Shown here: piece by piece, positions 21,886 to 32,222 of the stretch
Numbering within the stretch: position 1 is the first letter of the stretch
Layout of the letters: each line of letters begins with the position of its first letter
From: a virus
Taxonomy: Duplodnaviria; Caudoviricetes
DNA length: 53,887 nucleotides
Strand: one strand, 5' to 3'
IMG/VR virus record: IMGVR_UViG_3300044641_006158
Span: 1 to 53,887 of that record
Notes under the pieces: generated by a model
Told to the model about the DNA's origin: nothing
What the model saw: the letters and a program-made list of their open reading frames with translations, nothing else
The model's database searches: none
Made by a program: the position numbers and the translations under genes

Positions 21886-23262
21886 TTAAAAACTTAAAAC
21901 CAGTTTAAATTGTTCAGAACCATCGGCATTTCTTTGAACTGGTGCTCGATTGACTAAGTATGTTAGATAACCAGAATTCTTAATGAATGTTGGTGTTTGT
22001 TGTTGCAATAAAACTCTTGCTGTACCGCTTGTTTGACCGTAAAGAACAGTATCTTCTAATGCAGTTCCGTATGTATTTATCAGTTTAACTATATTAAAAG
22101 TACTATCGAAACTCAAAACTCTAGCACTAAATGTCGCACCTAAAATAGAACCGTTCGCAGACTGATAGATAATTTCATCTGGTGTATATGCACCGAAACC
22201 TGAAGACACTGTAAAATCAGTTGTTGTCTTATATATCTCAGCATTTGCTAAACCATATGTAACGCCGAAATAAGCGTATGGATTTACTAAGATACCGAGT
22301 TGTCTATAGTCAATGTTCGTTGGTATATTACCGTTTTCATCAGTATCAAAAGTTGCAGTCAACATAATGTTTCTTGCACCCAATTCTGATATGGGATTAT
22401 AGCCGTGCCCACCGATTGGTGAAATTGGTGCAATTACATTTGCTCCTGAGCCGCTTGAAGATGTAATAGCAACGTTAGCAAAACTATAGTTTGAGCCAGT
22501 ATTCGCTACGAGTATGTCTGTGATTACATTCCCTGTTACAACAGCATTCGCTGTAGCAAAGTTACCGTCGCCCGTGATAGTTATAGTGATCGGTGCATTT
22601 GCTTCATCGTAACCAGTACCGCCGCTAATCACATTGATGACATCGATAGAACCTATACCAGACAAACTACCAACAGCATTTGGAACAGTATTTCCTGCAG
22701 GTACTGGCATCCAATTTTCATCCATGAATTTGATTTTCACACCCGCTGAAATCGTGTACATATACTTCCACTTATAATCATCAGCACCTTGGAAAATTTG
22801 ATTCGCGTTGTAAGTTCCTGGTTCGAAATAAGGTTCAACAGTAGACGCAGCGCCGTTGTTATTCCATAGGCATTTGAAAACTTGATCGAATCTATTTTTT
22901 ATGTAGAATTTTCTAACTAAGTAACCTTCTGCATTAAGTTCAAACATATTGGTCGTGTCTGAATAATAATCGTAGACAGTGCCAGTTTGCCAATTTATTC
23001 GCTGAATCACTGGTGTCATATCGTTCGTCGTTATTTTCTTTGCGACAAACATATTTTTAAATACGTTTTTAATGTATCTTTGTGTTTGCTCTGGTGTAGG
23101 CGGAACTTCTTCTGTTTCCCATGGCTCGACTTGTGATAGGAAACAATAGAGTGTGCCTAAAATTTTGCCAGTCGAACCGACTGTTGAACTCGGAGCATTG
23201 TAGTTCAGTAGAGTGTTATAAACACCAGAATTGTAAGTAAGAATACCTGTATTAGATGCCAT
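21886..23262 (-). CDS. gp8: Baseplate wedge protein gp8-like
   Basis: VIQRINW..GTVYDYY; VFKCLWNN; YKWKYMYTI; PIGGHG; DYRQLGILVNP; EQFKLVLSF. Confidence 0.85.
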   Translation of the reverse strand: MASNTGILTYNSGVYNTLLNYNAPSSTVGSTGKILGTLYCFLSQVEPWETEEVPPTPEQTQRYIKNVFKNMFVAKKITTNDMTPVIQRINWQTGTVYDYYSDTTNMFELNAEGYLVRKFYIKNRFDQVFKCLWNNNGAASTVEPYFEPGTYNANQIFQGADDYKWKYMYTISAGVKIKFMDENWMPVPAGNTVPNAVGSLSGIGSIDVINVISGGTGYDEANAPITITITGDGNFATANAVVTGNVITDILVANTGSNYSFANVAITSSSGSGANVIAPISPIGGHGYNPISELGARNIMLTATFDTDENGNIPTNIDYRQLGILVNPYAYFGVTYGLANAEIYKTTTDFTVSSGFGAYTPDEIIYQSANGSILGATFSARVLSFDSTFNIVKLINTYGTALEDTVLYGQTSGTARVLLQQQTPTFIKNSGYLTYLVNRAPVQRNADGSEQFKLVLSF

Positions 23263-23273
23263 ACTAAATCCCG

Positions 23274-24800
23274 TTAAGCAGTAATAGAAACGAATGTGTT
23301 TGCTTGATCACCATCAATACTGAAGTATCTCAGATAAGCACATGAGTTTGAAAGTATTGTGAATGTAGTTGCTTTAGAAGTTGAATTATTCGCTAAACAA
23401 CCGTGTGTGATTGTTTTATTTTGTGCTGCAGAGTTTGTAATCCACATCTCAACAACTTTACCGTAAACATAATTTGACAGTGTGATCGTTAAGTTATCTG
23501 TTATATTGAATTTAACTAGATTATCTCTCTGAAAATCTAATGCAAAAGAAGTAATTGTGGAGAGTACATTCGGCGTATAAATGAATCCTTTTTCTGGCGC
23601 AACTGTTCCTGTAAACTCTACTGTATTAGCATTAAAAGAAGCAATTAGATTTACAACATTAGAACCATTGGGAACGTTGTAAAATAAAATTCTCGATCCG
23701 CGAGCCGAATCTGTATAGTTTTCTGTAGCAACGATATCGATACGTGCGACGCCTAGTGGTGCGAATCCTGTTGTGCCCCAACCGTTGCCAGCTAAACGCA
23801 TTAAAACATCATTGTTTTGTGTTGCTGTTGGAGATGAAACTGTTCCACGCGCAGTGCGGCCTGCCACTATACCATAAGCTGAACCGTCAGTACTGAATGA
23901 ATCGAAAATAATTCTAGAAGGTGTATTTGCTTTACCTGAAATGTGGAGCATTGTTCCGGATTGCGACGGAGTTTGCACTGTTGCAGTGGCTTTAATCGTC
24001 ATCGCAGATTCTGTTGCACCAAACGTCGAGTTCGCTAATGTAAATGTGCCATTAACGAAGCCATCACCTGACATGTAAAAATCACCAGCAGTATAAACAC
24101 CATTCGTGTTTGCGAGTGCATTATTTGCTTTATCAAATGCTGCTTGAGTGAATAAGTTTGCTGTAGCAATATTAGAACTAATTCTAGAATTGATCACAGA
24201 ATTAGCACTATCAGCATTAGCCGTTATCTCACCGCGAAGTGTTGCTACGTTAGCTGCGACTAGAGAATCGATTGATGGTGAATATATTCCTGACGATGAG
24301 ATATACGAAACGATATTGGTACTTTCTGTTCCACCAACAATAAAATTGATTCTACCTAATGAAGAAGTTGTTCCAAGAACTAAGTTACCTTCAGCATCAT
24401 TTGTGTTGACGTACAAATAACCATCATGTGCTTTTGTTGCTGAGTAATCGGGATCACTATACGTTGAACCATTCAAACCTAAATCTAGAAAGTGTGTACC
24501 ATCTGTTCCATCATCCGCTGTGACTACGAAATCGCCAGAGCCATCACTGTCTTGATTTCTTACTGCTACTTGTAAATACTGTGTAGAATTTCCGGTGAAT
24601 TGTCCCACAGCATTTGCATAAATGATGTCATTGTTACCAACTTTTAGGTTGTTGTTTGAATACAAACCAACAGCTAAAGTTGTAAGTGTCAATTGACCTG
24701 TGAAATCACCGGGCACATCTACACCAAGAAGAATCGTGTTAGCTGTGTTAGATTGTAGTGCTGTGATGTAGGGTAAATCTGTTAGTTTTACTGTTGCCAT
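23274..24800 (-). CDS. Baseplate-associated fibre-like protein
   Basis: MATVKLTDLP N-terminus; beta-rich; shares the GSGD..ATADxGTD..DGYLYV module with 7451..9187; lies between gp7 and gp8. Confidence 0.7.
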   Translation of the reverse strand: MATVKLTDLPYITALQSNTANTILLGVDVPGDFTGQLTLTTLAVGLYSNNNLKVGNNDIIYANAVGQFTGNSTQYLQVAVRNQDSDGSGDFVVTADDGTDGTHFLDLGLNGSTYSDPDYSATKAHDGYLYVNTNDAEGNLVLGTTSSLGRINFIVGGTESTNIVSYISSSGIYSPSIDSLVAANVATLRGEITANADSANSVINSRISSNIATANLFTQAAFDKANNALANTNGVYTAGDFYMSGDGFVNGTFTLANSTFGATESAMTIKATATVQTPSQSGTMLHISGKANTPSRIIFDSFSTDGSAYGIVAGRTARGTVSSPTATQNNDVLMRLAGNGWGTTGFAPLGVARIDIVATENYTDSARGSRILFYNVPNGSNVVNLIASFNANTVEFTGTVAPEKGFIYTPNVLSTITSFALDFQRDNLVKFNITDNLTITLSNYVYGKVVEMWITNSAAQNKTITHGCLANNSTSKATTFTILSNSCAYLRYFSIDGDQANTFVSITA

Positions 24801-24804
24801 TTTT

Positions 24805-27800
24805 TTATATTCCTAGTGTTAGTACATCACCACTTTGTGTTAGTAATACTTCACCCGATTGTGTTGTTAAGAAAGGTGTTCCTGGAGTTCCGACTGTATT
24901 GTAAATGTTCACAGTTGTTGATACTAGATTTCTACCAATTGATAATAAAGCATTACTATTTCCGAAAGACGGTGCTGGTGTTACAAACAAAGTATTATTC
25001 GCATACGAAACATAAGTCACAGTACCAGTATAATCATATGAAGCATTTGAATATAGACGAATGCTATCACCAACAAATGCAATATCAGCTAATTTGTTCT
25101 CTACATTAGAGTACTCGCCGTTATTGATCAAATCATATTGATTTGTTATACTTGTAATATTTATTCTGTTGTTTGTGACAATGACATTTGCTATTGCAAC
25201 ATTTGCGAATCTTAAGAATATATTATCAGAAACAACAACAGTGTTTGAAGTATGATTTACAGAAACAACTGTAGAGAATAGATTTGGACCGTGAGTATTT
25301 GTAACAGATATATAACTATTGACGTTAATGAATTCGGCAATGTTTGCACCGACTAATGCATCAAATTTAATTATGTTGTTACTTGGATTACTGAAAGAAG
25401 CGAATACTGTTGCATTTGAACCAGTAGTACCTGTGTAATAAGAAAGAGGTAGAGAGTTCGACTTGTAGTTGTTTTGAACTACATTTATTTTAGCGTCAGA
25501 TTTCAGTGTATAAATTGGCTTTACTCTTGTTCCAGCTGGATGTAGAAGAGCATATAGAATTTCTTTGTATGCACTAAATGATTCTTGTACTTTTAATTGA
25601 TACGTGAAATTGTTGTAGTCTTCACTTTGTAGAACTTGGAAAGAACTAGGGAAACCGTCATCGTTCAAATATTGACCAGCACCAATAATTAGACCGTTTA
25701 AAAACCTTGCAGTAGCCTGTGCTGCGCCGTTACCATATGTGCGGATACCATCTTTAAACAGAGGATTAAGACTCGAATCAAATGTGTTATATGTTGTGTC
25801 TAGATCGAGATACAAATTCGCGCCAACATTTCTGTTTGTTATCTTTAGTTGCAGATCAGTTTTTGTATTTGACGTATAGTTGTAAACTCTAAGTCTATAT
25901 TTCGACTGTAATGGATCTACGTCACCAGAAACAAGAGAAATAGAATCGATATTTGCTTTGAAAACAAAACTATCAATGCTGGTGCCCTGATATATTATGT
26001 CATTGCTTGTCGGAATATTAGTTGGTGATACGTTTGTAACTATTAGATCACGAACTTTCAGTGATACTCTCGGCGCGGAAATATAATCTTCACCAAAATT
26101 TGTAACGAGAATCGATGTGATAGCACCAATGCCTCGTTCATCAGGAACTGCTTCGAGTTGTGCGCCAACACCCAATACATTATTCACTCGAAGAACTGCG
26201 CCTGAGCCAGTTGCAGTAGCAACATTCAGTGTCGGTAAACTATCTGCTTTGTAGCCGATACCGCCGAGTGGTGTGACAACTACTTTGTTTGAAGTGTTTG
26301 CATATCTGTAACTGACAGAGGTGATACTACCAGTCGCATTTACAGTGATGTTTGCATTTGCTCCGACGCCGCCAGCAGTATTTGAAAACGTTATGTATTC
26401 ACCTCCGACATAACCGGTGCCGGGTGTAACGATCTCAATGGGACCTAAAATACCCAGAGAGCCAAGTTTGCCTTTTAATCTTAAACTTTCTGTTGTTTCC
26501 GGGTCTGTTGTGTTGTATAATGACTCCGCCTTGACAGATGGTACCCCAATATACCCCCCTCCGCCATTATTAACAATAACAGATGATATCGGATATGTTG
26601 AGAAGCCTACAAATGTAAATGCATTCGCAAGAGAACAGTTCAGATTCGCATTGACGTTTGCGCCGAAGAATGTATAAACACCATCCAATCTTTTGTTCTG
26701 TGCTGCAGACGAAATGTAATCAGTTGGTATATAAGCTACATTAATTGCTTCAGCAGGATCAACTGCTCCGACATTCGCAATAGCACCAGAACCACCGCCG
26801 CCAATAAAAGTAATTAATGTGTTTGGATCTTCCCTGTAACCAATACCGCCTTCATTGACGTTAACAGCACGAATAGAACCTGACGTTGTTTCAAGAACAT
26901 ATGCTTCAGCACCAATTGGATTTACACTCTCGGGATTTAATCCACCATAGAAAACAACCGGGTCACCAGAGTAACCGTTTGCTATGTCTCGTGGTCGATA
27001 CAATTGGCCACGTTTATTTGAATTTACTTGTACAGAAGATATAGAACCAATAATTTTAGCGCGAAGTGATGTTGAACCAGTTGTATTTGCTGAGACAATT
27101 TCGGAATCTTTGAAATATAAAGTTTGATTATTGTTATCTACAACACGTACTGTTTCACCAGACTCAAATAGTCTTTCAATATTCGAAATGTAAAGTTCTA
27201 TTCTTGTGCCAGTTCTTACACCTCTTTCAACTGTTGCAATCGATTTAGAAGATTCGCCGAATAATCTTAAATTTTGAATTGATAAGAATTGTTCATCTTC
27301 TGTGTCTAGTTTTAGACTCTTCGAAACATACCATTTACCATCTGAAGCACGAAGTACAACATCTCTACTCAAAAATACATCAGCATCAGAGTTGTATAAT
27401 GCTCTGAATAAAAATTCATATGATGCAGGTGTGCCCTTCTTCGAATATAATTCTCTTGCAACTTTAATTAGTTTTGTTTTATCAGCAAAACAATCTTGCG
27501 GAAAATTAGGAAGAAAATCATTTAAATAATAATCAATAAATTTGTTATATGTGTATTCTTGACCGGTTTTAATTATGAAACCAGTGCCTGTTGTATATAC
27601 ACCATTAGGTATTGGATTCGTTGTATTGAACGTGAATGTGTCAGTTGTTACATTCGAAACCGTCCAAGTATTAGTTCCGGTGTTGTTGAGATTCGCAAGT
27701 AATGTGTTTGCACCATAACTGTATATGTTATCATTTAAAGCAACTTCATGATAAGGTGCATAGACAATAACAGTATTTGAATTAGATACTGTATATTTTT

Positions 27801-28020
27801 TTGTATCAACTGTATTATCGTAATAATCAATATCAGAATAGTTTAATAACTTTTGTGTGCCGTATATAACACCTTGCTTATCAGCAGCAATGTTTTGTTG
27901 TTCCATCCATTCATAATATGCCTGGAGGAATGCAACAAAAGTCTGATAGTTCGTATCGGAACGAATAAACTCCGGTAACTGATATGGTATCTTGAGTGAT
28001 GTTTTATTTTCGATTGTCAT
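24805..28020 (-). CDS. gp7: Baseplate wedge initiator gp7-like
   Basis: QLPEFIR...FVAFLQAYYEWME; LYSKKGTPASYEFLFRALY; LQSEDYNNFTY...LLHPAG; directly follows gp6. Confidence 0.8.
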   Translation of the reverse strand: MTIENKTSLKIPYQLPEFIRSDTNYQTFVAFLQAYYEWMEQQNIAADKQGVIYGTQKLLNYSDIDYYDNTVDTKKYTVSNSNTVIVYAPYHEVALNDNIYSYGANTLLANLNNTGTNTWTVSNVTTDTFTFNTTNPIPNGVYTTGTGFIIKTGQEYTYNKFIDYYLNDFLPNFPQDCFADKTKLIKVARELYSKKGTPASYEFLFRALYNSDADVFLSRDVVLRASDGKWYVSKSLKLDTEDEQFLSIQNLRLFGESSKSIATVERGVRTGTRIELYISNIERLFESGETVRVVDNNNQTLYFKDSEIVSANTTGSTSLRAKIIGSISSVQVNSNKRGQLYRPRDIANGYSGDPVVFYGGLNPESVNPIGAEAYVLETTSGSIRAVNVNEGGIGYREDPNTLITFIGGGGSGAIANVGAVDPAEAINVAYIPTDYISSAAQNKRLDGVYTFFGANVNANLNCSLANAFTFVGFSTYPISSVIVNNGGGGYIGVPSVKAESLYNTTDPETTESLRLKGKLGSLGILGPIEIVTPGTGYVGGEYITFSNTAGGVGANANITVNATGSITSVSYRYANTSNKVVVTPLGGIGYKADSLPTLNVATATGSGAVLRVNNVLGVGAQLEAVPDERGIGAITSILVTNFGEDYISAPRVSLKVRDLIVTNVSPTNIPTSNDIIYQGTSIDSFVFKANIDSISLVSGDVDPLQSKYRLRVYNYTSNTKTDLQLKITNRNVGANLYLDLDTTYNTFDSSLNPLFKDGIRTYGNGAAQATARFLNGLIIGAGQYLNDDGFPSSFQVLQSEDYNNFTYQLKVQESFSAYKEILYALLHPAGTRVKPIYTLKSDAKINVVQNNYKSNSLPLSYYTGTTGSNATVFASFSNPSNNIIKFDALVGANIAEFINVNSYISVTNTHGPNLFSTVVSVNHTSNTVVVSDNIFLRFANVAIANVIVTNNRINITSITNQYDLINNGEYSNVENKLADIAFVGDSIRLYSNASYDYTGTVTYVSYANNTLFVTPAPSFGNSNALLSIGRNLVSTTVNIYNTVGTPGTPFLTTQSGEVLLTQSGDVLTLGI

Positions 28021-30092
28021 TATTGTGCAATGATTGTAACTTTAACGGCATCTGGATCAAAATCATCAAGTGCAACTATACGATTAAATGATGATGAAAT
28101 AATTGTAGAGTCTGGAACTGCTGTGATTGTAAATAACCCTAAATCATTATTGATATCGATTGGTGCGAAATCAACCAATGTTACAACGCCTTTAGCATAA
28201 TCGATTGTACCGGCATTGGGATTCAATATCACTTTTACGTTATTGTTATAGTAATAAGTGCGAAGTGAACCAAGAGAACCTTCAAGAACTGCGCTCGCAA
28301 AAGCAAGAGCACCAGTTGTATCACCGCCTGCATTTGTAATCGTAACGATAGCTTGTGTGTAGTTGAAACCTGGATTCGTTACAACGATATTGGTGACTCT
28401 TCCTGCTGTAAGAACAGCATATGCTTCTGCGCCGGAGCCATCACCAGTGATTGTTACAGTCGGTGCTTTTGTGTAACCGAAACCTTGATTTAAAACGTTA
28501 ATTGTAGCAACACCACCGGAAGTTGTCGGAACTTCTTCGAAAAATACACCTCTTCTTATATTGTTCGGCGCATTCACATCTGTTACGCTAAAGTCTGGAT
28601 AACTTTTAACACCAGAATTGAAGTAATTTCTTTTGATCTTTGTTCCGAAATTCAAAGTATATGTCGTCTTAGCGTTTAAAGTCGGATAAAACTTTTTCTG
28701 AACGCGAACATCCGATTCGTTCGTTATGATTGCAAGATTTGTACTTTGTATTGTAGTAATGAGTGCTGGTGAATTGAAAGTTGAATTGAATGTATTGAGT
28801 GTGGTCCCACCGAATGTTCTTATAGAAGATAAAACTGCTTCTTTTAATTGACCTGCATTTAAAGTGGTTCTTTTTGGATTGTAGAGAACTTTTGTATCGA
28901 TTGTTACATAAGTGTAATCTGGATCAACAATCGTTGGAACAACAGTCATAACACTGATTGGTTTTATGACTTCATCAATGATTCTTTCTTTTTGTGTTGG
29001 CGTAAGTGTGAAGCCACCTGAAGGCTTGATAGCGCAGAATAGTTGCCCGTAAACTGGTGGATCGTTTTCTTCACCGCCCCAAACAGAAACAGAATCGACT
29101 GGGAAATTACCCGTATTGTTCTGAATTAAATAGATGTAATCTTCTTTAGTGACTGCTCTACCCTGTGCAGCGAAAGATTTAGGCGCTGCATATTTAATCG
29201 AGTCGATAGTTTCTCTATCAGAACCGTTCGAAGCAGGTGTTACTGCTTGTGTTACTGTGTTTGCAAAACCGGAGATAGTTTGTGAAAGAGTGAAAGAGTT
29301 AGCACCAAAAGCACTTGTACCGTTTGTTGTAATGTATGTTATGTTAACGACATTGTTATGTACTAATGATTTACCTAGAATGTTGTCGCCGAAATATATC
29401 TCGTAATTGCCATCCATACCCTCTTGTAAGAAATATACTTTACTTGTTGGCGTTAAGCTGATATAATCTGTTTCTAATGTGTATGTTTCGAATGTGTTAT
29501 TTGAACTTGATTCTTGTACTGTAACGAGAAGTGTACTTGTGTCAATGTTTGTGTCTGGTATTTGAAAAATCTGTTTTGGATTTGTCAATGAGTTGTATGT
29601 GAAACTGAAAGAAGAGGGTATGCCTTGTGCGATTTCTATTTCTTGAAATAATGCTGTGTTCGCTGTCACATTTACAGTTGTTGAATCTGTCGTTACAAAT
29701 GTGTAGTTTACGTCATCGATAGGTTCTGAGATGAAAGTTGTGAACTTAGGTATTGTAAGAGTCGATGTTGTTACTTGGTTTACTGTTAGATTTACTGTTG
29801 CTTTTGGTGCTACTGCTGATTTTGGCGTATAGTTTAGTAACTTTGCGTGTGATACTACTGAGTTTCTTTGTAGTGCTGAATCGAGGAATAACTCATTTGC
29901 TACCATGTTTAGGTAGTATGCGTTATATTGTGTGTTATATGCTAGTAAGTCAACTAATACAGAAAGAGCGGAGCCATCAAAGTCGTAATCTTTGAGTGTA
30001 TCTTGTTGCTGTAGAAATGATTTTAAACTGTTCTTAATAGAACCGAAATCAAGATTTGTGATTTGTAGACCTGAGTTTGCTGATGTTGCCAT
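28020..30092 (-). CDS. gp6: Baseplate wedge subunit gp6
   Basis: LDFGSIK...DYDFDGSALSVLVDLLAYNTQYNAYYLNM..NELFLDSA..RNSVVSHAK; AQGRAVTKEDY; WGGEEN. Confidence 0.93.
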   Translation of the reverse strand: MATSANSGLQITNLDFGSIKNSLKSFLQQQDTLKDYDFDGSALSVLVDLLAYNTQYNAYYLNMVANELFLDSALQRNSVVSHAKLLNYTPKSAVAPKATVNLTVNQVTTSTLTIPKFTTFISEPIDDVNYTFVTTDSTTVNVTANTALFQEIEIAQGIPSSFSFTYNSLTNPKQIFQIPDTNIDTSTLLVTVQESSSNNTFETYTLETDYISLTPTSKVYFLQEGMDGNYEIYFGDNILGKSLVHNNVVNITYITTNGTSAFGANSFTLSQTISGFANTVTQAVTPASNGSDRETIDSIKYAAPKSFAAQGRAVTKEDYIYLIQNNTGNFPVDSVSVWGGEENDPPVYGQLFCAIKPSGGFTLTPTQKERIIDEVIKPISVMTVVPTIVDPDYTYVTIDTKVLYNPKRTTLNAGQLKEAVLSSIRTFGGTTLNTFNSTFNSPALITTIQSTNLAIITNESDVRVQKKFYPTLNAKTTYTLNFGTKIKRNYFNSGVKSYPDFSVTDVNAPNNIRRGVFFEEVPTTSGGVATINVLNQGFGYTKAPTVTITGDGSGAEAYAVLTAGRVTNIVVTNPGFNYTQAIVTITNAGGDTTGALAFASAVLEGSLGSLRTYYYNNNVKVILNPNAGTIDYAKGVVTLVDFAPIDINNDLGLFTITAVPDSTIISSSFNRIVALDDFDPDAVKVTIIAQ

Positions 30093-30490
30093 TATCGTGT
30101 TCTCTTAAGCATTAAACTTATTTCGGTTGGTTGTGTATTATTTCCGATAAAAAATTCTAAAGAAACATCATAAGCATTTTTTTCTTCCTTTGCTATAACC
30201 GTAACATTTGACAAAGTTACTCTTGGTTCAAAATTGTTTATCGTGTTTTCAATAGAACTTTTCAGAGATTGTGTTGTAATTGAATCAATTGGTTCAAATA
30301 GTAATTTTGTTACGTTAGAACCAATTTCTGGTTGAAATGGTCTTTCATAGTTATTTGTTAATAACAAGTATCTAACAGCACGTACAACAGCCATTTCATC
30401 ATAACTTAAAGCAATATCATTCTTACCAGGTGTTCTGGTAAAAGCAAAGTCTATGTCTGAATATCTTTTTGTTAATGATGGTGCTGGCAT
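30092..30490 (-). CDS. gp25: Baseplate wedge subunit gp25
   Basis: YSDIDFAF...AVRYLLLTNNYERPFQPEIGS...NFEPRV. Confidence 0.92.
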   Translation of the reverse strand: MPAPSLTKRYSDIDFAFTRTPGKNDIALSYDEMAVVRAVRYLLLTNNYERPFQPEIGSNVTKLLFEPIDSITTQSLKSSIENTINNFEPRVTLSNVTVIAKEEKNAYDVSLEFFIGNNTQPTEISLMLKRTR

Positions 30491-30495
30491 TTTAT

Positions 30496-30503
30496 TATTT
30501 ATA
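30496..30503 (-). promoter_or_regulatory. T4 late promoter TATAAATA
   Basis: Exact consensus 6 nt upstream of the gp25 ATG, so the mRNA would be nearly leaderless. Confidence 0.75.
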
Positions 30504-30579
30504 GTAGGAGTAAAATGACTTTTTAGAAATTAGGTTCTTGTGGAAAAAATTTTTGCGGCCGGAACGGAATTTCGAAATT

Positions 30580-31359
30580 TTATAATCTCTCTAAAAGTTT
30601 GGGTGTTCCTATGTAGTTTTTGTATAAGTAGTCTTCAGTCTGTCCCATTTTTGAAAAACCTTTGAGTGAAGAATACTCGGCGAGTAGATTTCTCGAATTT
30701 GCGTAAAAATTCAAATCTTGAGACATTGTATTGAGAATGAATGTGTTTACATTGTTTATATCTGAGACGATTTGAGATATTTGACCCACTGTGAGACTGC
30801 TTACGCCACCAGTAATACTTGTGTTGACTGTAGTTGCATCAACATTAAGAGTATTAGCCATATTTGAAAATGTGTTGTATGTGAGAATTGAACCCAAACT
30901 ACCAATCATCACAGCATTGTTTGAAACATCATCACTCTGATAGACGAGATATGAAAGTATTTTACCTATGCCAATAACGCTTTCGAGATATGGTTGACTT
31001 ACATTTTCTGTGTTTGCGCCGGTAACACCAGATAAACGATCCGTATGTTCACGATAATAAATTACATTATTGCTTTTTATCAAATTATTTGCTGCAGTTT
31101 CAATTGAAACAAGTTCGACTATTCCTGTTGTATTAGCAATAATTGATTCAAGTGATACTATGATACTATTTGCACTGTTCGAGACAGGATTGTACAAATA
31201 ACCATTTGCAGCATTGTTAGCCATGTCTTCAAATTGCCACGGTTCTAGAAGAGCCGGCATCGAATTCATACCATTTAATGTTCCACTTGAATAAACAATT
31301 GTTTCATTTTCAAGTGAACTAGGAAACCCTAAACGATCAAAAATACCATAATTTGGCAC
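30580..31359 (-). CDS. Hypothetical baseplate-region protein
   Basis: 259-aa ORF with a GTG start, between gp5-C and gp25. Confidence 0.7.
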   Translation of the reverse strand: MPNYGIFDRLGFPSSLENETIVYSSGTLNGMNSMPALLEPWQFEDMANNAANGYLYNPVSNSANSIIVSLESIIANTTGIVELVSIETAANNLIKSNNVIYYREHTDRLSGVTGANTENVSQPYLESVIGIGKILSYLVYQSDDVSNNAVMIGSLGSILTYNTFSNMANTLNVDATTVNTSITGGVSSLTVGQISQIVSDINNVNTFILNTMSQDLNFYANSRNLLAEYSSLKGFSKMGQTEDYLYKNYIGTPKLLERL

Positions 31360-31361
31360 GA

Positions 31362-32222
31362 TTATGCCTCCAACATAGGACTGAACGGAGTGCCCGTAAC
31401 ACCTTTCGGTGCTGGGTGCGTGTGTATGTTATAGATACCGGAATTTATTACGTCACCCATTAGAACTGAAGTCATAATTCCGAATTCGCCTGTAGGTGCT
31501 GCTACGTTTACTGCAGCGTTAACGTAACCGAGTGACGATATGCCAACTCCAGCTTGTATTGTACCTGAGCATATGATTTGTTGCGGTATGGCTATAGGCA
31601 CACCAATTGATAGCCCACCTTCAAGTGATACGAAACCTAACTTACCAGCACTTACACCTTCTAGTGCATCAATACGTCCAGATGAAGTAATTTTCTTTGC
31701 GGTAACTTCGCCATTAACGTTCAAGTCGCCATCGAAATAAACACAGTCACCTACTGTAAGTGTGAGTGAACCAGATATATTTGGTCCTGTTTTAATATCA
31801 ATAAAACTGCCTGATGCGATGTTTAATGCTTGATCTATAACTTGTGTGTATGTTCCCTTTACACGAAGTTCATAGTTACCGTCAATTTGTTCAATTTTAT
31901 CACCCTGAACGTGAATATTTGCATCACCTAGTATTTCAATGTTGCATTTACCTTGAATGAGTACATTCTTGTCTTTAATTGTAATTTCGTAACCATCACC
32001 GAAAACTTTATGAACTTCGTCACCGTTTGGATGCATTTCAATGAATGTTCCAGTGCGATGTGTGAGGCGAATTCTTTCGCGTTTTGGTGTATCATCCAAT
32101 TCGAATGAGTGGCCAGACTCAGTGATCGTCGCATTGTTATAAGGATAAATTGGCTGATATTCGGTATTTGCTGCAGATTGCGGCTCTACCCATCCTGAAA
32201 AAAAATCTGGTTTTGTTGTCAT
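31362..32222 (-). CDS. gp5: gp5-like central spike, C-terminal beta-helix half
   Basis: YPYNNATITESGHSFELDDTP..ERIRLTHRTGTFIEMHPNG; VxGD repeats; terminal HTH motif. Confidence 0.85.
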   Translation of the reverse strand: MTTKPDFFSGWVEPQSAANTEYQPIYPYNNATITESGHSFELDDTPKRERIRLTHRTGTFIEMHPNGDEVHKVFGDGYEITIKDKNVLIQGKCNIEILGDANIHVQGDKIEQIDGNYELRVKGTYTQVIDQALNIASGSFIDIKTGPNISGSLTLTVGDCVYFDGDLNVNGEVTAKKITSSGRIDALEGVSAGKLGFVSLEGGLSIGVPIAIPQQIICSGTIQAGVGISSLGYVNAAVNVAAPTGEFGIMTSVLMGDVINSGIYNIHTHPAPKGVTGTPFSPMLEA

